Positions 30,175-37,962 of a DNA stretch of 64,000 bases are shown here, piece after piece; the stretch's first letter is position 1, and each line of letters starts with the position of its first letter. The notes under the pieces were generated by a model. That model did not search any database. It was given only the letters and a program-made list of their open reading frames with translations, and was not told the origin of the DNA. The translations under genes were made by a program, and so were the position numbers. The stretch is from an uncultured delta proteobacterium (GTDB lineage: Bacteria > Desulfobacterota > RBG-13-43-22): the NCBI GenBank assembly GCA_963743305.1, contig CAVUPH010000006.1, positions 64,001-128,000 of the forward strand, given 5' to 3'.

Positions 30175-32529
30175 CTAGAAAGCCCGAGCGCAGGTGCGCC
30201 GGATGATCTCCTCTTTCATCTCGGGCAGGAGGTCGTTGAAGTAGGCGGAATATCCGGATACCCTGACCAGGAGGTGGGGGTAGGCCCGGGGATCGTCCCG
30301 GGCGGCGATCAGGACCGCTGGATCGATCACGTTGAGTTGAACCTGCATGCCTCCCCTCCGGAAATAGGTCCGCAACAGGTTTTGAACGGACTGCCGGCCG
30401 GTTTCCCCCCGCATCGTCTCCGGGCTGAACATGAGATTCAGGTTGACCCCGTTGGCGCAAAGCCGGGCATCCAGGCGGTTGACGGAATTCAGCAGGGCCG
30501 TCGGGCCCTTCCGGTCCCGCCCGTTGGCCGGCGCCAGGCCGGAGGCGAAGGCCTCCCCCTTTTTCCGCCCGCTGGGTAGGGCTCCGGTGACCTTCCCGAA
30601 ATAGTGATGAGCGGTTACCGAATAAACCCCGGTGGTGTAGGCCCCGCCGCGCGTATTTCTCTGACCCTGAAGGAACCCGCTGAAGGTTTCTAGGACATAG
30701 CGGGTAGCAGCATCCACCTCCTCCAAGTCGTTGCCATATTTCCCTAGACCCTGCAGATAGGCCGTCAGGGAAGGATCGGGCAGGTTCTTTTTTAATTGCG
30801 CTACCAGATCCGGGAGACTCAGCCTGCCATCCCTGAAGACGGCCCGCTCAACGGCATAGAGGGAATCCCCCGCATCCGCCGGCCCCACGCACTGGATCCC
30901 GGAAAAGTTATAGCGGGCCCCCCCGGCGGTGGAACAGCGACCCTTTTCCAGGCAGCCGTCGAGCAGGAGACTGGTGAACGGGGTCGGATGATAAAGCGTA
31001 TTGGCCCTTTCGACGGCCTGAAGGTCCTGAAGCAGGCGCTTAAGACCCTGGTCCAGTTGGATCTCAAAGGCCTTTTTTACCTCGGCCATGGACTGCAGCG
31101 CGGCCGGGGGCGGGGTCTTCGCCCCGATTCGCCCCCCTCCCCCGAAGCGCCGACCCTCGTTCAAAGCCAGTTCGAGCATAATCGGCACATTGAACAGCGC
31201 CGCGTCGGTGGAAGACAGGCTCTTCCCCTGGGAGACGGGCTCCACGCAGCCCACGGCGGTATAATTGCGCGCATCTTCCGGGGTGTAGCCGTTTTTCACC
31301 ATCGTCTCGACAATGACGTCATCATTATACAGGGCTGGGGAGTTGCTCCCCCCGGACAACACGGTGAACACTTTCTCCAGGTACTCCGCCGGGGCTTTTC
31401 GGTGAATCCGGGCATGGTAGTTGGGTTGCCGCATCCGGAGTTCGTCCATCACCTCCAGGAAGATGAAAGAAAGCGCGTTGCTGGAGTCGGCTCCCTTCCG
31501 GTCCGTGCCGCCCACGGTCACTACCTGGCCGTTGAACTGGCCTCCGTGAAAACGGGTGATCGGCCCGGAAAAAATCGGGACGATCTCCGCCATCTTGATC
31601 GAAAAGGCGGCGATAAGTTCCTTGGCTTTTTCACGGGAGAGTCCGCCGTCCAGCCGGTCTTTTTCGTAATAAGGATAGAGATAGCCATCCATTCTCCCGG
31701 GTGAATTGCCGTTGTCCAGGCTTTCCAGGTTAATGGCGATCTGGGCGAAAAAGAGGCTTTGCAACGCTTCCCGAAAGGTGGCGGCCGGCCCGCGCGGCAC
31801 CCGGCGGCAGACCTCGGCCAGGTCAAGCAACTCCTGACGCCGCTCGGGATCCCGCTCCTGCCGAGCCGTTTCCAGCGCACAGGCAGCGTACCGTTCCCCG
31901 AATTCTACCATTCCCCGGGCGATAATCTTAATGGCCTCATAAAAGGTCCAGGCCGTCGAACCGGCCGGGACCGCCGGCTGCCGCTCTTCGACCTCGGCGA
32001 TGAGGCCCTCGGCCCCACAGGCAATCCATTTTTCATAATCGGGCGCAATATGGGCGATCCCCCCACTTTCGTTGATGAAATAGGTACGGGCTGAGAGCTG
32101 ATCGACTATAAAACGCAGGGTCCGGGCTGTGGACGGGTAAACCTTGATCCCCAAAAATTTAAATAACCAGAAGGGAACGATCTTGAGAAGTTGCCTAACC
32201 TCTTCCCCGGAGATCTGCAGGGGGCTGGTTTTTCTTTTAGAGAAACGCAGGAGGTCCTGCATCACCACCAGGCCGTGCAGCTCGGGATAAATGGAGCCTC
32301 CTACCCTTTTGGAAGAAAAATTTCCGACCAGGAGTTCGTCGGGGTAGATCCGGATGGTCTTCTGGAGCAGCACCTCCCGGAGGGCCTCGGCCATCTGGAT
32401 GAGCGGGGGTTTTTTCTGGTTTTCCCGGTTCCGAAAATACCGGGTCCAGATCAGGGCCCGTTCAGTGCAGACGCCGGGGCGCGCTTCCTGGACCGCCTGT
32501 TTCAAACGCTCTATTCTGCCTGTAGCCAT
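30175..32529 (-). CDS. Glycyl radical enzyme (PFL superfamily, class unassigned)
   Basis: Cys loop AVGCVEP (single Cys) and Gly loop LLVRVSGYSAYF; 784 aa. Confidence 0.93.
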   Translation of the reverse strand: MATGRIERLKQAVQEARPGVCTERALIWTRYFRNRENQKKPPLIQMAEALREVLLQKTIRIYPDELLVGNFSSKRVGGSIYPELHGLVVMQDLLRFSKRKTSPLQISGEEVRQLLKIVPFWLFKFLGIKVYPSTARTLRFIVDQLSARTYFINESGGIAHIAPDYEKWIACGAEGLIAEVEERQPAVPAGSTAWTFYEAIKIIARGMVEFGERYAACALETARQERDPERRQELLDLAEVCRRVPRGPAATFREALQSLFFAQIAINLESLDNGNSPGRMDGYLYPYYEKDRLDGGLSREKAKELIAAFSIKMAEIVPIFSGPITRFHGGQFNGQVVTVGGTDRKGADSSNALSFIFLEVMDELRMRQPNYHARIHRKAPAEYLEKVFTVLSGGSNSPALYNDDVIVETMVKNGYTPEDARNYTAVGCVEPVSQGKSLSSTDAALFNVPIMLELALNEGRRFGGGGRIGAKTPPPAALQSMAEVKKAFEIQLDQGLKRLLQDLQAVERANTLYHPTPFTSLLLDGCLEKGRCSTAGGARYNFSGIQCVGPADAGDSLYAVERAVFRDGRLSLPDLVAQLKKNLPDPSLTAYLQGLGKYGNDLEEVDAATRYVLETFSGFLQGQRNTRGGAYTTGVYSVTAHHYFGKVTGALPSGRKKGEAFASGLAPANGRDRKGPTALLNSVNRLDARLCANGVNLNLMFSPETMRGETGRQSVQNLLRTYFRRGGMQVQLNVIDPAVLIAARDDPRAYPHLLVRVSGYSAYFNDLLPEMKEEIIRRTCARAF

Positions 32530-32584
32530 GCGGCCCTTTCCATGAGGCCAAGCGTATTCATCAGAGCCCTTCTCCGGTTAGACA

Positions 32585-32765
32585 TCCTGAGTCCTTCGCC
32601 TGCTGTCATCCGGAGAGAAGCGAAGGATCTCGTCTTTCGGCTCAGGGTAAACTCCGTGAAGGATCAGCTTAGTGTAATGCTTAAGTGCCTATGCCGGAAT
32701 TCCCCCAAGGTTGCCTGGGGGATTCTTCAGTCGTCACGCCCGGGCGTGACGACTGAAGAATGACA
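32585..32765. repeat. REP-like composite with a perfect 40-bp palindrome
   Basis: Inverted copy of the 7080-7133 element, plus ATTCTTCAGTCGTCACGCCC|GGGCGTGACGACTGAAGAAT at 32722-32761. Confidence 0.7.
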
Positions 32766-32784
32766 ACCCTTTTTTCCAGATTCA

Positions 32785-33696
32785 TCAGCCATCAGAATAT
32801 ACCAAAATCCCTTCCTTTTCAAACAACTGCTTCGCCCGCTCCCGGGCTTCTACGGGATCCTCCGTCAGGTTTAACGGCCGGAGGCCGGTTTCAATGCGGG
32901 TCAGCTTGGCCTCGCCCAAAGAATGGTAGCGGAGAAGATGGATCCGGTCTTGGTTGTTTTCCTTTAAATACCGAGCGGTGGCTCGGATATTTTGGCTATG
33001 GTCGTTAATGGAAGGAATCACGGGCATCCTGGCTTCCAGACGAGGAAAGGCCCTCGCCAGTCTTTTGAAGTTTTCCAGTATCGGCCCGTTGGGGCTTCCC
33101 GTAACCCGGCGGTGCGACTCGGAGTCCATCAATTTCAGGTCGAAGTAGATTAAATCCAGGTACGGGAGCAGGGACTCCAGGTGCTCCCAATTTCCCAATC
33201 CGCAGGTTTCCAGATTGACCGACACTCCCGCTTCACGAACCCGGGGCAGGAAAGAGGCCAGGAAGCCGGCCTGCAAAACCGGTTCCCCGCCGGAGAGGGT
33301 GATCCCGCCCCCGGAGTCCTCATAGAAGTCCCGGTCCTTCAGGACCTCGGCCAGCAGCAAAGGAATACTCCATTCCACGCCGACCAGTCGCAAAGCCTCC
33401 GGGTAACAGACGGGGGCGCATTTTCCACAGGCGGTGCAACGGCTGCTTTCGATCCGCCCGGCTTCGTCCTCTAGAATGGCCCCCTCCGGGCAGGCCGCCT
33501 GGCAGGCAAAACAACGGATGCACCGTTCCCGGTAAAAGGCCATTTCCGGCTCGATCCTTTGCGATTCCGGGTTCTGGCACCAGAGGCACCGCAGGGGACA
33601 ACCCTTGAGAAAAAGGGTCGTCCGAATCCCTGGTCCGTCATGGATACAATAACGCTGGACATCAAACAGCAGGGCCTTGTCCGGAGACCGATTCAT
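32785..33696 (-). CDS. Glycyl-radical enzyme activating enzyme
   Basis: HDGPGIRTTLFLKGCPLRCLWCQNPE; ferredoxin insert CIRCFACQAACP/CTACGKCAPVC; GGITLSGGEP. Confidence 0.93.
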   Translation of the reverse strand: MNRSPDKALLFDVQRYCIHDGPGIRTTLFLKGCPLRCLWCQNPESQRIEPEMAFYRERCIRCFACQAACPEGAILEDEAGRIESSRCTACGKCAPVCYPEALRLVGVEWSIPLLLAEVLKDRDFYEDSGGGITLSGGEPVLQAGFLASFLPRVREAGVSVNLETCGLGNWEHLESLLPYLDLIYFDLKLMDSESHRRVTGSPNGPILENFKRLARAFPRLEARMPVIPSINDHSQNIRATARYLKENNQDRIHLLRYHSLGEAKLTRIETGLRPLNLTEDPVEARERAKQLFEKEGILVYSDG

Positions 33697-33703
33697 GGAT
33701 CCT

Positions 33704-34153
33704 TTAGGGTTTGATATAGGCGTAACCTTCCTGCTGCAATTTGACCAGTTCAGCCACACCGGCCGGGACTACGGTCATGGGGATCACCAAGTCTTTTCCC
33801 GGGTCAAGATTTACTCCCTGCAGGGTATTGCGGCAGATATCAAATTGTACTCCTCGTTCAATCAGGGCCGTCATCTTTTCGATTTGTTGAGGAATCGCTT
33901 TCTTTTTGGCCACCATCTCCCAGGCGGAGGAGTGAACCACAACCACTAGCTTCAGATTTTCCTTACCCACCGCATTAATATGATTTTGGATGTTGGCCAA
34001 ACCGGCGTTATTAATCGAAACGTTATTGGTATTGAAATGGTAGACAGCTTTTTGGGGGCCATAGGTTTCGGCAGCCTCCGCCGTAGAGTTCAATCCCAGG
34101 AGGACGGATAGACCCAATAAACAAGATAGGGCCAATAGGGAAACGTTTTCCAT
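33704..34153 (-). CDS. Periplasmic DsrE-family protein
   Basis: Signal peptide; KAVYHFN, VVVHS, GVQFDICRNT, VPAGVAELVKLQQEGYAYIKP; AAGGAG RBS. Confidence 0.8.
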   Translation of the reverse strand: MENVSLLALSCLLGLSVLLGLNSTAEAAETYGPQKAVYHFNTNNVSINNAGLANIQNHINAVGKENLKLVVVVHSSAWEMVAKKKAIPQQIEKMTALIERGVQFDICRNTLQGVNLDPGKDLVIPMTVVPAGVAELVKLQQEGYAYIKP

Positions 34154-34462
34154 AAGCCTCTCCTTTATTGAAACAACTTTTTCTTCCTGTTTATTATAAG
34201 TCCAAACAGAAAACAATTTCAATGGTATATTGGGGTGCGCTGTGTCTGCGGCGGTTCCCAGACACCGGAAAGGATGATGGGGTATTGGTTCCGCCAGCAT
34301 CGATGCCGTTAATCGACCTGGATGAGGGGGAAGTTAAACCAGTCCACTCAGCATCTGGATCGACGATCCATCTAAAGGAAACAGGCTATCTAAAGTGGCA
34401 CTGGCGGGTAATTCCTAAAAAAAATGGGTAGGGAGAGTCGATTGGCCCGCGACATCATCGCA

Positions 34463-34867
34463 CTACTGCCAGACTTTTATCTTCCATTCCCCATTGGCCT
34501 TGACCAGCTCCTCTTTCAAAGTGACTGTAACCGGGCCCTTCCTGTTCATCCTGGCGGAAGGACCAAAGGTTAATTGCACCTCGGCTTGGGCCGTGTCGCT
34601 GGTCGGCAACTTGATGGAGTTGATTTGGTAGGATTGCAGTACGGAAGCCTCTTTACGGTGTTTGACGAATTCTTCCTGACTTACTTTGGCCTTATAGGCA
34701 TCGTAATAACAGGTATAGGTGGTGGCATAATCCTGTTTTACGGCCGAGGAAAAAAATTTATCCAAGAGTTCCCGCGGCCCGCTCGTATCGGGTCCGCAAC
34801 CCGCGATTAAAAAAATAATTCCCAGCCCTAAGCACCAGAACCATCTCTTTTGATTTTTCACTGTCAC
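34463..34867 (-). CDS. Lipoprotein (NTF2-like/DUF4878-type)
   Basis: Lipobox IAGC; C-terminal LVKANGEWKI. Confidence 0.65.
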   Translation of the reverse strand: MTVKNQKRWFWCLGLGIIFLIAGCGPDTSGPRELLDKFFSSAVKQDYATTYTCYYDAYKAKVSQEEFVKHRKEASVLQSYQINSIKLPTSDTAQAEVQLTFGPSARMNRKGPVTVTLKEELVKANGEWKIKVWQ

Positions 34868-34944
34868 GATCCCGTTCTTTTCTCAATAATGGCCGCGGAC
34901 ACCACTCGCCTGATACTAAGTTAAACATCCTTTTGAATAATGCA

Positions 34945-34979
34945 ACCCGGAGCGAGGGCTCGCGGCCCTCCCTCCGGGT
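34945..34979. terminator. GC-rich hairpin downstream of the cytochrome gene
   Basis: ACCCGGAGCGAGGGC...GCCCTCCCTCCGGGT. Confidence 0.45.
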
Positions 34980-35048
34980 AAGTGGGGTTTGAGTCAGGTA
35001 TCATGTCGGCGCTCCGTCACCTGGACCGGGCGCCGACATGATTTTTGG

Positions 35049-37434
35049 TTAATCGCTTCCGGGCTTCCGGATACCGGTCCCGGTGCCGCCGGAGGCCGAA
35101 GCATGCATGGGCCGGACGGAAGAACCGCCGTGGCACACAGTACAGTTCCAGATCCAGTACGAATCTCCCTGGAATTTCTTGGGGATAGTCGGGTCGGCGA
35201 CGTTGCCCGTGATAAATTCCCCATGGGGACTGTTGTGGCAGGCCGCACAGAAGATCTGGTTGTTCATATCACCCGCCACCGAGTTCTTCAGCAAGGAATT
35301 GCGGAAGAGGGTGTTGCTGTTTTCGGCATGCGCGGCGTCATGGCAGTCAGCGCATTTCGGCAAATCGACCCAGGGCTGACGACCGTTTTGGATGGAAGTC
35401 GCCACCGTCGCCAAATCGCCGTGACAGTCGGAACAGGTCTTTCCGGCCTGGGCCATGACTCCCCGCAAACACTGGGTCTTGGGGCCCGGGTGGCAGCTAT
35501 AGCAGCCGTTCGTCGAGGCCTGATCGGCGGCACTGAGCTTGTCTTGGTGGAATTCGTGCATGGCCAGCGACAGGCTGGGGATACCCGGCTTGCCCGGGGC
35601 GCCCAGCGCATTATCCGCATGGCACTCCGCACAGGCGTGCACTTTGCCTTGGGAGCGATCGGCCACAAAGGTGGTCCCCATGGCGGCATCATGCTTCTGT
35701 AAGATGTCGAGCTGCGGGTTGCTCGTGCCGTGGCATCGGCTGCACATCATCTCGGTAGAAACCGGGGCGACGACGTTTGCGGTCTGCAAAATCCGGCCTC
35801 CGTTGTCGTTCACGGTAATAACGGCGGTCCCGTAAGGATCCCAGGTTCCGTCATCGTCGTAGGGGGTGATGGGAATGCCAACCGCCTCCCAACTCTTCCC
35901 GTCCGCCGCCGGCTTCATGGTCCCGGCCAGGGGCGTACCGGTGATGCCCACGTTAATCGGCGCGTTGAATCCATACTGCGGCGCGAAGGCCCAGAAATTG
36001 GTATGGAGAGCGGAATTCTTTTTCTTGGGGAAAACATAATTAACGGTTACACCGCTGGTGATCAGATCGGCACCTTCGCTACCGCGGCGAAACACCTGGG
36101 CCTTCAAGGTGTTAAAGGGGGGCAAGACCATGAAATAAGAGTAGTCGTCCTGGTCGCAGTGCATGCCCAAATCATTCCAGGCAAATATCACGTAGTTCAT
36201 CCTGGCGGCCGGAATGGCCTGGTTTCCGTAACTTTTGGTCAGGGCCCAATCCACCTTCTTGGTGCCGGCCGTAACCGTGGCTACCTGTTTGGTAGTGAGG
36301 TATCCGGATTTGGTGATGGTCAGGGTAAAATTCCCGGCGGATTCGCTTAAGGTGTAGGCGCCGGTACTGCCCGTGCTGGTGCTGCGGCTGCCATCACTGA
36401 TCACCGCCCCGGAAATGGCGGCGCCGGTGACTATGTCTTTCACTACCCCGGAGATGCCGGTCGGACCGCTTCCCCCCCCACCTCCGTTGGTGCCGGTGGA
36501 AATCGTCACGCTGGCGCTACGGCTGGCCGAGACATTGCCGCTGGCATCTTTGGCCCAGGCATAGAGTGTTTTGGCGCCTGTGGAGCCGGCGGAGTAAGCC
36601 GTCGGCGCCCCGGCACGTCCACCCCGTGGCATTGGCCAGCGGCTTGGTGGAGCTTTGATTGACCAGGTAGCCGGTTACTCCCACGTTGTCGGAGGCGCTA
36701 AAAGAGGATATAGGAACGGTCAGCGAGGCCGAGGTCGCCGGGACAGTGAAGGAGAGCACAGTGGGTGCGGTGGTGTCCGCGGTCGTCCCGCCGCCCCCGG
36801 TGCTAATCGTCACACTGGCGCTGCGGCTGGCCGAAACATTGTTGGCGGCATCCTTGGCCCAGGCATAGAGTGTTTTGCCTCCTGTAGTGGCGGCGACGTA
36901 CGCCGTCGGCCTAGTGGCACTCCAACCCGCGGCACCGGCCTGCGGCTTGGTGGCGCTTTCATTGACCAGGTAGCCGGTCACCGCCACATTGTCGGTGGCG
37001 GTAAAAGAGGCTATGGATATCGTTAATGAAGCCGAGGTCGCCGGAACGGTGAAGGCGGTCACGATCGGGAGGGTGATGTCCGCGGTAGTCCCACCGCCGG
37101 CGGGTTTACTCGCCGCATCTCCCGGGAAAGTTCGGGCAGTGATCTCGGCGAGGTTGGTGTACGTATCCCCATCGGAATCCCTGGCCTCCAGGGCCGCAGT
37201 AAACGAATCGCCATTGGCTAAAAAATCGTTGCCGTAAGATGTCCGGGTTCCACCGCCGTTCGGATTTACGTGGCAAATGCCGCAGGTGTTGAGCACCGTT
37301 CCGGAAGTCCCGTATTTGGTATTAAACGAGGTCAGGTAAGCGCTCTTAGCCCATACATCGCCCGAGCCGGCTATCCAGGCAATCATCAGAGAGAAAATTG
37401 CGGGAGCGCTGAATACGAAGGATATCCTTTTCAT
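35049..37434 (-). pseudogene. Secreted multiheme c-type cytochrome (8 CXXCH) split by a +1 frameshift near 36617 (real or assembly error)
   Basis: ORF 36517-37434 has a signal peptide, CGICH and Thr/Ala-rich beta-repeats; ORF 35049-36632 continues the second repeat and carries NDLGMHC plus 7 CXXCH. Confidence 0.85.
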
Positions 37435-37628
37435 AAATCACCTCTAAATGTGCCGCCAAAAATCAGGCGGGTTAGTTTGAAAATCTTTGGTTTACATCAA
37501 GACTGATTCCTTTTCCAATGGATCGACTTTCAGTTGTCGTCCGAGGGTCACCTCCTTTAACCTTTTAATAATTTTGTTTGAAATTCAACCAACAGTGTTA
37601 ACTTAGATGTAACTCATTATTCATAAAA

Positions 37629-37644
37629 TGCAATTATCATACCA
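37629..37644 (-). promoter_or_regulatory. Sigma54 (-24/-12) promoter of the cytochrome gene
   Basis: Minus strand TGGTATG-ATAA-TTGCA matches TGGYAYR-N4-TTGCA with exact GG-N10-GC spacing. Confidence 0.7.
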
Positions 37645-37962
37645 AACGGATTATTTATATAACTATATTAAATTACTATTAAATAATTTTTTCTTTCATC
37701 ATCCTCTAATCAGCATTATGTTAACATTTAACATCATTGACGTTAATCTGTTAACTGTAAGGGATTTTACCGCAATCTCCGATTTTGGCAAAATACCTTG
37801 GGCTCAAATAGTTTCTGAAAAATTTAGCGAAGGGAGAGGAGGGTTAAAAAGAAGTTAATAGGATGCCGCCCAGACGTTGTGTAGAAGACAGAGTTCTAAG
37901 AATTTGTCTCTAACTAAAAATGAATGCAAGAATCTAAATATTTCAAATAGTTTTGAATAGAG

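Noticed and set aside
30175-32529. Calling the GRE pyruvate formate-lyase, CutC or benzylsuccinate synthase
   Set aside because: No PFL Cys-Cys pair, no microcompartment or Bss accessory genes, and pocket segments I do not recognise as matching those classes.
11418-32763. Long antisense ORFs (e.g. 11418-12215, 17465-18877, 23325-24017, 30796-31704)
   Set aside because: Shadow ORFs opposite well-supported GC-rich genes, with no recognisable motifs.
36600-36635. Programmed frameshift or phase variation in the cytochrome gene
   Set aside because: No slippery heptamer or long homopolymer at the site; a simple insertion or sequencing error is more parsimonious.
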